From positions 19,562-83,561 of IMG/VR virus record IMGVR_UViG_3300028887_000096: 64,000 nt of DNA; one strand, given 5' to 3'. The position numbers were made by a program, and so were the translations under genes. The stretch comes from a virus. Lineage: Duplodnaviria > Heunggongvirae > Uroviricota > Caudoviricetes. Shown in pieces: positions 55,694-64,000 of this stretch. The notes under the pieces are model-generated. The model was not told where the DNA came from, made no database searches, and saw only the letters and a program-made list of their open reading frames with translations. Numbering within the stretch: position 1 is the stretch's first letter; the number at the start of each line of letters is the position of its first letter.

Positions 55694-56731
55694 ATGTATA
55701 GGCGCAATCCTGACCTCCGTGGCGAGGGAGAAGAGATCCGGCTCGAACCGGCCCAGTTGCTCGAAATCGAGAAGTGCAAACACAACCCGAGATACTTCCT
55801 CGAAAACTACTTCTACATCCATTCCGTGCTCGGCGCGGTAAAGTTCCCCCTCCGGCCCAGGCAGGTGCAGGAACTCGACGCGATCCGCGACAACAAGCTG
55901 ATCAAGGGGGACTGGTATCGCCAGGCCGGCTTCACCACCCTCGTCCTCGGCTACATGCTGTGGGCCTGCATGTTCCGCCCGAAATACGCGGCGCTCTACA
56001 TGATGCCCAAGCGCAAGGCCGCGGAAGGCTATTTCAGGTCCATCGTCCGGGAGATGTACCTGCGCATCCCATACTGGATGCAGCCCGGCGTTACCGTGTG
56101 GACTGCGAATAAAATACGGTTCTGCAACGGGAGCGTATTCTGCGCCCGTGCGGAGCTGGAAAAGAACACCCGCGGCATCGGGTGGGACTTCCTGTTCCTC
56201 GACGACTTCGGCTGCCTGACGGACAGGGCGATGCGCGATTTCACCAATGTAGTGTTCCCCGGCTACGAAGCACGCGCAAGGGCGAAACTTGTCCTCGGCG
56301 GTGCGCACCGTTTCGGCAGGCAGCGGCCCGCGAACCTCACGTTCTGGGAGAACTGCACGATCCCGTTCCACGTGTCCGAGCATACATGGAAGGACGACCC
56401 GCGTTATGACAATAGCTGGGCGTTCAAAGAACGCCAGCGTATCGGGGATTTTGCGTTCCGGCAACGCTACGAGGGCGAGATTTTCGTCTCGATACCGTCC
56501 AGCCAGCACCAGCGTTCCCGCGGGATAGAATGGATCCCGACTTCGGAACGGCTCCCGGAAAGCGGTGCCCGTGTCCTCGTCACCGTTGACTACTCCGGCA
56601 GGGAGACCTGTTCGGCGATATTCTACGGGAACAAGGATAACCCGCAATGGGACGACGGGACCGGCGAATACTACTATGACCATCAAAACGTTCTCGCATG
56701 GGCAGAACGCCCGGAACCGTACAGGGGGTAA
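55694..56731 (+). CDS. Terminase large-subunit-like ATPase domain protein (no nuclease domain recognised)
   Basis: LRPRQVQELDAI...RQAGFTT (deviant Walker A) and DFLFLDDFG (Walker B). Only 345 aa. Confidence 0.45.
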   Translation: MYRRNPDLRGEGEEIRLEPAQLLEIEKCKHNPRYFLENYFYIHSVLGAVKFPLRPRQVQELDAIRDNKLIKGDWYRQAGFTTLVLGYMLWACMFRPKYAALYMMPKRKAAEGYFRSIVREMYLRIPYWMQPGVTVWTANKIRFCNGSVFCARAELEKNTRGIGWDFLFLDDFGCLTDRAMRDFTNVVFPGYEARARAKLVLGGAHRFGRQRPANLTFWENCTIPFHVSEHTWKDDPRYDNSWAFKERQRIGDFAFRQRYEGEIFVSIPSSQHQRSRGIEWIPTSERLPESGARVLVTVDYSGRETCSAIFYGNKDNPQWDDGTGEYYYDHQNVLAWAERPEPYRG

Positions 56732-56733
56732 AC

Positions 56734-56922
56734 ATGCTGATTAGCCACGGAACCCCGTCCGAAGTGCCGGACACGTCAGAAACGAGAGAATCGTTTGAGC
56801 CTTTATTCAAGGAAGTGCGCGACGAGATTGACAAGGAAACATTAACCGCCATGGAGCAATATCATGCCAAACATTGCAAGGAAACGCGAGCGCAAGCGCG
56901 TGAAGAAGCTGCGCAGGATTGA
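56734..56922 (+). CDS. Small hypothetical protein
   Basis: Start reassigned to MLISHG. Confidence 0.4.
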   Translation: MLISHGTPSEVPDTSETRESFEPLFKEVRDEIDKETLTAMEQYHAKHCKETRAQAREEAAQD

Positions 56923-57061
56923 AAAGGCCAGGAAGGCATGGAACCGCCTGCTCAACATCAGGGCCAAGTGGCCGGAAGGGATGGACGCGCTGATGAACGC
57001 CGCGTGGGACCCGCAGATGTCCCTGCTGTATCATGACATCCCGGGGGAGATTAGGGATTGA
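56864..57061 (+). CDS. Small basic hypothetical protein
   Basis: Arg/Lys-rich N-terminus. Overlapping frame. Confidence 0.4.
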   Translation: MPNIARKRERKRVKKLRRIEKARKAWNRLLNIRAKWPEGMDALMNAAWDPQMSLLYHDIPGEIRD

Positions 57062-57534
57062 GACAGTTCGACTATGACAAATATCTTGAAATCATGCTCG
57101 GCGGTCTCCGGTATGACGAGGCGCACATGCGCAACGAAACTGAGCTCGCGATCGGTTCCGGCAAGGATGACCACGCGATTGCTACCGAGATGGTTTCCCG
57201 GCTCAAAGATGCCGGTTACGAGGCATGGGTCCGGGCGGACCATTATCCTATAACTAAGGACTATCTCTACGTTGTCGTGGCGAAGTGCAAATATCCGAAC
57301 CATTTCGACCGGCTCGACAAGGATATGTATGCGCTGCTTGATACCCGTAACGGCGAGATAGTGAGCATCCCCGACCACGGGCGCCTGACATACGCCATAT
57401 TCCCTACGTTGGAGGATGCGCTCGGCAAGAACGGCATGAAGCATGACGAGATTGTCCGACACCGGGGCGCGGAGAACATCAGGCTTATTACATTGAAGAT
57501 GGACCAGGACATAACGAAAAAGGCCGGGAACTAA
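57058..57534 (+). CDS. Hypothetical protein
   Basis: TTG start per ORF track, or ATG at 57094. Confidence 0.5.
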   Translation: MRQFDYDKYLEIMLGGLRYDEAHMRNETELAIGSGKDDHAIATEMVSRLKDAGYEAWVRADHYPITKDYLYVVVAKCKYPNHFDRLDKDMYALLDTRNGEIVSIPDHGRLTYAIFPTLEDALGKNGMKHDEIVRHRGAENIRLITLKMDQDITKKAGN

Positions 57535-57555
57535 TCCCGGTCTTTTATTTTTGTC
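57523..57555. terminator. Rho-independent terminator
   Basis: CCGGGA-ACTA-ATCCCGG followed by TCTTTTATTTTTG. Confidence 0.6.
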
Positions 57556-57560
57556 GCCTC

Positions 57561-58145
57561 TTATTTGTCTTCCTGCGACTTCTCGTCGGTTATATCTTCG
57601 CACGAGAAATTTTTGTAGATTTTGTCCCGGTACGGGTCTTTCCCGCCGTTCAGGGCCTTGTATTTCTCGTAATCGAAGCCAGATTCGTCGATATACTTCT
57701 TTATCAGTTCGACACACTTGGTGAATACCGGCCTGCGTAAATACGAAATGGGTCTATTTATCAACCACGCATTTCCTTCAGTCCAGTCTTTATTGTGTGT
57801 AACGTCATTAAGCATGCTGATCTGGCCATAAAAATTCTTAAGGCTCCATTCATGGCGCGGCATGGCAACCGTCCACACAGGGATGTCCTTGTACGTGGCA
57901 ACATACTGACGGTTATTCCAGTAGCCGCAGTTAGTTGCGTATACGCCGTCGCCACGATAGATGAGGATACGCAAGCCCATCTTCCTGGACCAATTTATAT
58001 AGTCATCCAGGTCGGGAATATCTTCGGTGTCCCAGCTTTTATATCCCAGTTTCTCTGTCTCGTCGTAGGTAAACTGGTCCAGTCCGTGCGACAAGAATTG
58101 ATGTTCCGATTTCGGGTATATCCTATCCAGCATTTGCCGCTCCAT
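57561..58145 (-). CDS. Hypothetical protein (lower-GC gene)
   Basis: Protein-like composition. The region is AT-richer than its neighbours. Confidence 0.55.
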   Translation of the reverse strand: MERQMLDRIYPKSEHQFLSHGLDQFTYDETEKLGYKSWDTEDIPDLDDYINWSRKMGLRILIYRGDGVYATNCGYWNNRQYVATYKDIPVWTVAMPRHEWSLKNFYGQISMLNDVTHNKDWTEGNAWLINRPISYLRRPVFTKCVELIKKYIDESGFDYEKYKALNGGKDPYRDKIYKNFSCEDITDEKSQEDK

Positions 58146-58647
58146 ACTTAATGTCTTCGTTCATGATGCACTTGACTCGTTTGGCCAAGTCATCTATGGT
58201 TTCGTGTTCAAAATCACACAGCGTACTCCAACCGCCGAGACCGCAACCGCTGAGCACGTAAGGTTTTACCGAATGCTTCTTGACTACATGGACAGCATAC
58301 GTCGACAATGTCGGAGTTTTCAGCTTCCATAGATAGTCGTCTCGCGAACGGTCGTCTCCTACGTCGTGGACCTCTTTGAGAATTTCGCTATGCAGCGCCG
58401 GGAACACGTCGCGTATTCGCTGAACCTCTTCGTCAGTGAACCTTATTTGGCGGAGCAATATTGATTTCGGGTTGTTCAGGATTAGGTAGACGTTGAGCCG
58501 TTCGTCTTCTACGGCGTTCACGGCGTCGATCGCTTGCTGAAGACGGCCCGGGTCGAACTCGTCCGGCTTCTCGGCTACTGCATCCTGCATCGCCTTAATG
58601 ACATTCTCGCGAAGCCGCTTAATACGGTCAGTCTCTTTCTGTTCCAT
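58123..58647 (-). CDS. Hypothetical protein
   Basis: Start reassigned to MEQKETDRI (AAGGGAG RBS). Confidence 0.55.
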   Translation of the reverse strand: MEQKETDRIKRLRENVIKAMQDAVAEKPDEFDPGRLQQAIDAVNAVEDERLNVYLILNNPKSILLRQIRFTDEEVQRIRDVFPALHSEILKEVHDVGDDRSRDDYLWKLKTPTLSTYAVHVVKKHSVKPYVLSGCGLGGWSTLCDFEHETIDDLAKRVKCIMNEDIKYGAANAG

Positions 58648-58657
58648 AACTGCTCCC

Positions 58658-59014
58658 TTATTTGCCTTCCCGCATCGCAAGCAGGTTCTGTTCCCTGATT
58701 TCCGGCGGGACGTCCTCCGGGTGGAACGGTTGGACGATGATGCCCGCCTGGTCGAGCTGGCCACGGATATGCGACTGCTTGGGGAACAGTGCGGACAGCA
58801 TATCCTGTGCCTGCTTCTTGCTCATGCCGCGGATTACTTCGACCTGGCTCTCGACACATTCCAGGACCATGTGCTTGCTTACGTTGGGGTCGGCAAGCTC
58901 GAACTGGTGGACGATGGACAGCTTGCCGTCCTGGCCTTTTGACACCTTGTAAACGTATTTGGGGTTCTGCCGGGCGACAGCTTTCAAGAAATTCTGACAG
59001 TGTTCCAGGGACAT
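58658..59014 (-). CDS. Hypothetical protein
   Basis: Start reassigned to MSLEHCQ. Confidence 0.5.
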   Translation of the reverse strand: MSLEHCQNFLKAVARQNPKYVYKVSKGQDGKLSIVHQFELADPNVSKHMVLECVESQVEVIRGMSKKQAQDMLSALFPKQSHIRGQLDQAGIIVQPFHPEDVPPEIREQNLLAMREGK

Positions 59015-59045
59015 GTCGTCGGTGAACCCCGAGAACACGATGGAG

Positions 59046-59465
59046 TTAAGCAGTTTGCGTATCGGTTGCACTGGAAGCCTCCTTCGACGTGTTGATGATG
59101 GTCGGGGGAACCTTGTCTTCGCGGTAAACGGCATGGAGCAATGTATCTACCTTGCCGTTTACGCAGATGTCGAAACCGCACTGCTTCAACGCGCTGATGA
59201 TGTCGGTTGCCACGATGCTGTTCTGGCAGGTCGTGCCGTTCTTGTTCAGGCAGATGATGTACCGGTATTCGGTGAAGTCGTCCGGCTTGCGGGTCGGTTC
59301 TGAATACAGGAGCAGGAGTTGCGTATTGCTCGGGCCCGGAATTGCCATGTCGAAATCGGCATACTTGAGGGCCTCGTCAACGTTCGGAGCGGTGACCCTG
59401 AACTGGTTGTAAATGCCGTCTTTCCTGAGCAGGACGATGTATTCTCGTGTGGTGGTTTCACTCAT
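59046..59465 (-). CDS. Hypothetical protein
   Basis: AAGGAGA RBS. Confidence 0.55.
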   Translation of the reverse strand: MSETTTREYIVLLRKDGIYNQFRVTAPNVDEALKYADFDMAIPGPSNTQLLLLYSEPTRKPDDFTEYRYIICLNKNGTTCQNSIVATDIISALKQCGFDICVNGKVDTLLHAVYREDKVPPTIINTSKEASSATDTQTA

Positions 59466-59486
59466 TGGTGTGTCTCCTTAATAGTT

Positions 59487-59828
59487 TTATGGTTTGATAA
59501 CCCTGATATATCGGACGTTGACCGCGTTCCTGATTGTGCTGCCATCCTGGCAGTGCACGATGGACGCGTGGGGGTTGCTCCGGTAAAGGTCGATTGTCTG
59601 GTGGGTGCCGATGCACCGGTGGCCGTCAACTTCCAGTTCATAGACCGGAAGACGGGCGGGATCGTTGGAAATGATTATCAGGGCGATTATTCCTATGCCC
59701 AACATAATCACGACGGTTGCCACGATGTTGAGTTCATGGTCGCGCAGCCATTGCTTGACTTTCCCTGGTTTCTCCGGGACACAGTCAGGCAAGCCTGGCG
59801 TCATGAGGTATGGGTGCTGGAACGGCAT
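59487..59828 (-). CDS. Hypothetical membrane protein
   Basis: TM segment IVATVVIMLGIGIIALIII. Confidence 0.5.
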   Translation of the reverse strand: MPFQHPYLMTPGLPDCVPEKPGKVKQWLRDHELNIVATVVIMLGIGIIALIIISNDPARLPVYELEVDGHRCIGTHQTIDLYRSNPHASIVHCQDGSTIRNAVNVRYIRVIKP

Positions 59829-59831
59829 AGA

Positions 59832-60471
59832 CTAATCGTTCGCCTCGACAATGCCTTCGACTGCTTCGTTGAGCTGCTGGATGTCGTTCGGATCCAGCTT
59901 GCCGAGCTTCCTGTCGAAGCGGATGTAGCTGTTGATGTTGTTGACGAACTTGGAGACGCTCATTTTCCCGTCCTTGGCGTGCGCCTTGTTGCGGAGTTCC
60001 AGCGCGTCGGCGAGGATCTTGCGGCCCTGGCCTTTCGGGTCCGTGACGGAAAGCCGCGGGACGATGCGGTATTCGACGAGTTCCCCGTCCTTGGGTTCGT
60101 CGAACCCGATTACGGTATGCTCCGGGTTGCCCTGGGTATCTGTATAGAGGTAGATGGCCAGATCGTCGATGCTGCATTTGTCCTGCCGGATGAGGATGCT
60201 GGTGCCACGGAGTACCGCCCTGCGGTGGATGCTGTCAACCATTTCGGGTTCGACGGAACGCACGAACATGGCCATGCACTCCCCGTCCGGTGCCGGCTTT
60301 CCCGACATGACGACCTTGTTGATTAGCAGCTTGTCCAGGGTTTCCTGCAAGCCGCCGAGCCCTTCTGCGCGGACGCAGGCTTCTGCCTTAACAAGTTCCT
60401 GGTTAAGCGTGGCAATCTGGTCCTTGATGTTCTGGACGTCTTCTGCGGTATATTTCTTTTCTTCGGCCATA
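59832..60471 (-). CDS. Hypothetical protein
   Basis: Start MAEEKKY, 17 nt downstream of the minus-orientation promoter motif. Confidence 0.6.
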
Positions 60472-60488
60472 ATGTGGTCCTCCGGCAT

Positions 60489-60502
60489 GAAATATAGCAA
60501 AA
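60489..60502 (-). promoter_or_regulatory. Promoter motif (minus orientation)
   Basis: GAAATATAGCAAAA upstream of the operon that starts at 60471. Confidence 0.55.
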
Positions 60503-60505
60503 GTG

Positions 60506-61027
60506 CTACTTTGCCAGCGCCTTCCAGTCCACCCACTCGCTCTCGTCGCGGTTGTACCGGTTGTTGTGGAACTTGTGAGCGACGGTGATGTTGTAGTTGG
60601 ACGGGTCCTTGCTGGCCTTGACGGCAGCGGCGACCGCGGCTTCCTGGTTATCGAACGTTTCGGACCAGCTGTCTACCAGGCCACCGACGTCGGGGAAATC
60701 GTATTCGAGGACATACTTGTGGTTGGTGTAGCGGGATGCCCGGACCTTGTTGGAGTATTCATCGTATTCTTCGTAGAATTTGCCCTTGCTGCCGGGGTGG
60801 AAGATGCTCTTCCATGCCTCGTAGGGGAGCCTGGTATATTTGCGGTCGCTGAAAATGTCCGGGTAGTGGTGCCCGCACACGCCTTCCTTGGCCTGTTCGG
60901 TGCTGAAAACAAACCAGCCCTCATGATTGGGCTCTACGCCGCATCCGGGATTCCAGAAGCAGCAGACTGTGGTGTCGTTCACGTAGTAACGGTTACTGCA
61001 CTTGGCGCAGCAGCATTTCTTATCCAT
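60506..61027 (-). CDS. Cys-rich hypothetical protein
   Basis: MDKKCCCAKCSNRYY...CCFWNPGCG N-terminus. ATGGATAA overlap with the upstream gene. Confidence 0.55.
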   Translation of the reverse strand: MDKKCCCAKCSNRYYVNDTTVCCFWNPGCGVEPNHEGWFVFSTEQAKEGVCGHHYPDIFSDRKYTRLPYEAWKSIFHPGSKGKFYEEYDEYSNKVRASRYTNHKYVLEYDFPDVGGLVDSWSETFDNQEAAVAAAVKASKDPSNYNITVAHKFHNNRYNRDESEWVDWKALAK

Positions 61028-61358
61028 TCTCGATCCCCTTGGATTGCGACGTGTCCCATGGACACGGGACAACCGTATCAAGCCGTTTGTGGTCTGCCCC
61101 AATCCGGTATGCCGTTATGCGCAGGTCTTTGAGCTTGGTCTTGTCATTGGTGGAGTAGAACCGGTCACCATACCATTTTTCCAGCTTGATGCCGGTTCCT
61201 TCCAGGTTGACTTCATATACGACATCGTGGTCCCAGTCCACACGCTTTTTGTATTCATCGAATAGCGCACGGTGGAGTAGGCGCCAGTCGCTGAGGGGCG
61301 TATTGCCATCATTGAATACGAGGCCGCTGACGATATAAACCTTTTTAATTCTTCCCAT
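61020..61358 (-). CDS. Hypothetical protein
   Basis: Protein-like composition. Confidence 0.55.
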   Translation of the reverse strand: MGRIKKVYIVSGLVFNDGNTPLSDWRLLHRALFDEYKKRVDWDHDVVYEVNLEGTGIKLEKWYGDRFYSTNDKTKLKDLRITAYRIGADHKRLDTVVPCPWDTSQSKGIENG

Positions 61359-61363
61359 GCTAC

Positions 61364-61798
61364 TCAGCTCCTATTGTAAAAGGCGTTGAGTCGTTTCTGA
61401 TATTCTTCCATCATCTTAGGTTCGCGTTTCTTCTGGCGTCGTAAACGGGCCAATCCGTTCTTGCGTTCCCTCCTGACGGTTTCGATTGTAGTCTTTTTCG
61501 GGTCGTGACAGAACTGTTTCAGCATGTCGAGAAACTTTTCCACGTCATATCCGCTCCAGAGCAACTTCTCGTTCTTGAACACTTCGCCTGATTGCAGCAG
61601 CATCAGCATATCCCCCGGATCCTCCTGGGTACGGTCGGGCGCGACGGACGGGTACATGTCGGCATATCCCAGCTTCCCGAAGGTAGCCGTCACGGTCCCG
61701 TCACCGGGGATGTCCAGTTCGCAGTCGGGGAAGAACGCCCTGCACATGATGCAGAAGCGCTGGACAAGGAACGGGGTGTCTAGTGGCTGGTATGGCAT
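61364..61798 (-). CDS. Hypothetical protein
   Basis: Start MPYQPLD overlaps the upstream stop (TAATG). Confidence 0.5.
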   Translation of the reverse strand: MPYQPLDTPFLVQRFCIMCRAFFPDCELDIPGDGTVTATFGKLGYADMYPSVAPDRTQEDPGDMLMLLQSGEVFKNEKLLWSGYDVEKFLDMLKQFCHDPKKTTIETVRRERKNGLARLRRQKKREPKMMEEYQKRLNAFYNRS

Positions 61799-62076
61799 TA
61801 CTTCACCTCCTTGCACTTGATCTTGCCGATGGCCGGAAAATAGTGGACGTATGTGTTCTTTCTGTTCGTTTCTTCATTATGGAACGCGAAATTATCCACC
61901 TCGCATTCTAGCGTCTTTACGGGAACCTGTATCTCGATGCACTGGGCCTTGAATGCGACCCTCGGCTTCTGGATTTGGGCTCGGACGGCCTCGCATTGTT
62001 CCCGCGTGGCGAATTGCAGGTCCGCGGTCACCGTATATCCGGTGAAGATGAAAAGGGCGAACATGGTGCTAAACAT
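61798..62076 (-). CDS. Hypothetical secreted/membrane protein
   Basis: Hydrophobic N-terminus MFSTMFALFIFTG. Confidence 0.5.
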   Translation of the reverse strand: MFSTMFALFIFTGYTVTADLQFATREQCEAVRAQIQKPRVAFKAQCIEIQVPVKTLECEVDNFAFHNEETNRKNTYVHYFPAIGKIKCKEVK

Positions 62077-62227
62077 TGGATGCCTCCTTGCCCGGGTGTG
62101 GGACGATTTTAAAGACGTAGGGGCACATGATTACGGTGTCCTTCGGGATGCTGTCGCAGAGGTTCTTGAGGCCTTGCTTGATGTCCCCGTTTGCGCCCGG
62201 GAGCGGCTTGATGTCGATTGCTGACAT
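62069..62227 (-). CDS. Small hypothetical protein (52 aa), not in ORF track
   Basis: GGTGAGGTAACT-ATG RBS. Tight overlaps with both neighbours. Confidence 0.35.
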   Translation of the reverse strand: MSAIDIKPLPGANGDIKQGLKNLCDSIPKDTVIMCPYVFKIVPHPGKEASNV

Positions 62228-62234
62228 AGTTACC

Positions 62235-62801
62235 TCACCATTCAAAGTGCATCGCCTTGATCCAGTCCTTGATGCAGGCCATCATCGGGCGTTTCTTGTA
62301 TATTCCGGTCGCCTTGTATGCGTATATGCTGCCGTCCCAGCACATGTCCTCGGTGTCCGCGCCGTCCGGTGCAGCTGCCTTGATGTAGTCGATGCTTTCC
62401 GGGTTGTAGAGGAAGTCCATGAAGCGTTCCATGAACGTCTTCTCGTCCGTCTTGAGCTGGCCGAGCATGCACTCGAACGGCCAGTGCGAGCGCGGCGCCT
62501 CGGCCAGGTTCGGAATCGGCCTGAACTTCTCGTGCCAGAAGTGGTCGGTAAACATGGCGAACGCGTCGCGGAAGCTGATGTTGCTGGTCTCGGTCACATC
62601 GTATTGGCCGTCCGCAAACTGCTGCTTGTAGCTGAACGGGAACTCGTACCACGGGACGCGCTTGCGGGTCTCGTCCAGTTCCTGCTGCTTCTTGATCAGG
62701 CGTTTGGTCTTTTCCTTGGTGATGGCGCCGTTCACGTAGGCTTCCGCCTCCTGGAGGAGTTCCGGGTGGCACTCTTCGATGAATTTCCTATACTTGCTCA
62801 T
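62235..62801 (-). CDS. Hypothetical protein
   Basis: Protein-like composition. Confidence 0.55.
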   Translation of the reverse strand: MSKYRKFIEECHPELLQEAEAYVNGAITKEKTKRLIKKQQELDETRKRVPWYEFPFSYKQQFADGQYDVTETSNISFRDAFAMFTDHFWHEKFRPIPNLAEAPRSHWPFECMLGQLKTDEKTFMERFMDFLYNPESIDYIKAAAPDGADTEDMCWDGSIYAYKATGIYKKRPMMACIKDWIKAMHFEW

Positions 62802-63162
62802 TTGCGGTCTCCGCCATGGTGAATGTTACGTTGAGCCGTTCGTTGCAGTGGGTGCAGTAGACGGCGAACTGGGGGAACTTTTTCAGCTCGGACACCGGCT
62901 TGGTGAAGGTGTTGTTGGTCCCGCATTTGCACTGCCAGTCCACCTGGTATTCGTCGTCGCGGAACATGTGGGGGATGCGCTTCCAGTAGCCCTTGGGGGC
63001 GCCCGGGTGGACGATTGCGTGCCGCGTCGGCTGTTTGGGTGGCTCCACGTCCAGACAGTCGGGCGGGACGGCCACCACGCTGCACATGCTGGTGTCAAAG
63101 CCTTCTGCCTTCAGCCGTGCCATGCCTTCTGGATCCGGCTCGAACTTTATTGCTTCTGCCAT
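62788..63162 (-). CDS. Hypothetical protein with CxC..CxxC motifs
   Basis: Protein-like composition. Confidence 0.55.
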   Translation of the reverse strand: MAEAIKFEPDPEGMARLKAEGFDTSMCSVVAVPPDCLDVEPPKQPTRHAIVHPGAPKGYWKRIPHMFRDDEYQVDWQCKCGTNNTFTKPVSELKKFPQFAVYCTHCNERLNVTFTMAETANEQV

Positions 63163-63428
63163 GCGGAGTCCCCCTGGGTGCAGGTTTCCGGCAGCTTGCC
63201 GGTGCTGACGGTGAAGTTGCTCAGCGCATAGACGGTCGGGCCGTTCTGGCAGATGACCTTGTAGCTGTAGGAGCGGTCATGCCAGTAGGTGTCGAGACGG
63301 CCCTTGCACGAGCCACCAGGCCACGAGACCAGGACTGGCTGGTCGCTTTCGGTGTAACGGTTGGGAGAGCTGTTGCATTCGCAACCGAACAGGACGAATG
63401 TCAACAATACAAGTAGGAGTTTTTTCAT
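63147..63428 (-). CDS. Lipoprotein
   Basis: MKKLLLVLLTFVLFGC lipobox signal. Promoter motif upstream. Confidence 0.55.
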   Translation of the reverse strand: MKKLLLVLLTFVLFGCECNSSPNRYTESDQPVLVSWPGGSCKGRLDTYWHDRSYSYKVICQNGPTVYALSNFTVSTGKLPETCTQGDSAWQKQ

Positions 63429-63447
63429 GGGATTGTTCCTTTTGATG

Positions 63448-63463
63448 AAATATAGCTAAAAGT
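63448..63463 (-). promoter_or_regulatory. Promoter motif variant (minus orientation) GAAATATAGCTAAAAG
   Basis: Upstream of the lipoprotein gene. Confidence 0.45.
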
Positions 63464-63707
63464 TCTTGATTTCGTCATAAAGCCCGGTGAAAAGCTGTCT
63501 CATCGCGGCGGGTTTCGAGTCGGCAAGGAACTCGTCATACCAGTGTATCGCCGGGGTGTCCTCGGTGTCGCCCTTTCCGCGGTAGAAAATCTCGAAACGC
63601 TTTTCCTTCTCGTTGCGCCGGGCCACGAGGATGTCCTTCTCGTAGTCGTCCCCGTTCTTGGTGAAGCCGCTTTCGAGAAGGTATTTTATGAGTTCTTCCG
63701 GTGTCAT
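63456..63707 (-). CDS. Hypothetical protein
   Basis: Start reassigned to MTPEELIKY. Confidence 0.5.
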   Translation of the reverse strand: MTPEELIKYLLESGFTKNGDDYEKDILVARRNEKEKRFEIFYRGKGDTEDTPAIHWYDEFLADSKPAAMRQLFTGLYDEIKNF

Positions 63708-63711
63708 GCGG

Positions 63712-64000
63712 CTACCCCTGGTTGGTGATCCACGGTGTGTGGTCTTCCCTGCCGTTGTCATAATAAATCCGGTTGCCGACGGTCACCGCTTCGGCACCCC
63801 ATGTCAGCTGCTGGCCGAAGATGTGCATGAACTCGAACAGTTCCAGGCGGTACATCTTGCGGCCCTGGAAGTTCGGGTTGGGCATCAGGGCCCTGTGGTT
63901 GGCGAGGAATTTTTCCAGTTCCGCCTGGACATCTTCCTTGCCGTAGAGCTGTTTCAGGTGGCGGGTGACCGCGTCGAGACCTTTCTCGGTCAGCTCGAAT
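63712..64000 (-). CDS. Hypothetical protein, 3' end only (5' end beyond window)
   Basis: My own translation. Ends ...TPWITNQG then a stop. Confidence 0.4.
   Translation of the reverse strand, partial: FELTEKGLDAVTRHLKQLYGKEDVQAELEKFLANHRALMPNPNFQGRKMYRLELFEFMHIFGQQLTWGAEAVTVGNRIYYDNGREDHTPWITNQG

Noticed and set aside
1-64000. CRISPR array
   Set aside because: No regularly spaced direct repeats with unique spacers were found. The only recurrent short repeats are the promoter motifs.

Overview
This window is dense, mostly co-directional coding sequence (about 90 CDS) that reads as part of a large tRNA-rich virus, probably a jumbo-type phage. Overall GC is roughly 58%, with strong GC3 codon bias in the genes I accept as real. 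That bias generates many arginine/alanine/glycine-rich shadow ORFs on the opposite strand, and I rejected those. Hallmarks that make it phage rather than cellular:
- two tRNA arrays, about 30 tRNAs in total: 17 on the minus strand at 8859-11358 and 13 on the plus strand at 45657-46733. Every amino acid except Val is covered.
- an HNH homing endonuclease, carried on low-GC DNA, inserted inside the first array
- an RtcB RNA ligase next to a calcineurin-type phosphoesterase
- a sigma-70-family sigma factor
- HU
- ClpP-like protease
- AAA ATPase
- anaerobic RNR genes nrdD and nrdG, separated by a low-GC inserted gene encoding zinc fingers and methyltransferase-like motifs
- several DNA methyltransferases, one of them interrupted by a LAGLIDADG intein
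- a QueC-like PP-loop enzyme translationally coupled to a methyltransferase
- a flotillin/SPFH protein
- a NADAR-domain protein
- a (p)ppGpp-hydrolase-like HD protein
- a terminase-like ATPase
- a viperin/MoaA-like radical SAM enzyme.
A conserved extended -10-like motif, TTTTTGCTATATTTCA, occurs about 20 times immediately upstream of gene starts. It is often only 5-10 nt from the ATG, which suggests leaderless transcripts, and it forms perfect palindromes at divergent junctions. A second oriented motif, CGTAAAA(A)CCTAGTTTTCG, precedes a few minus-strand genes. Rho-independent terminators sit at operon ends. No CRISPR array, integrase or attachment site is seen.
Coordinates from my hand analysis (tRNAs, motifs, corrected starts) are approximate to a few nucleotides. 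CDS ends follow the supplied ORF track wherever possible.
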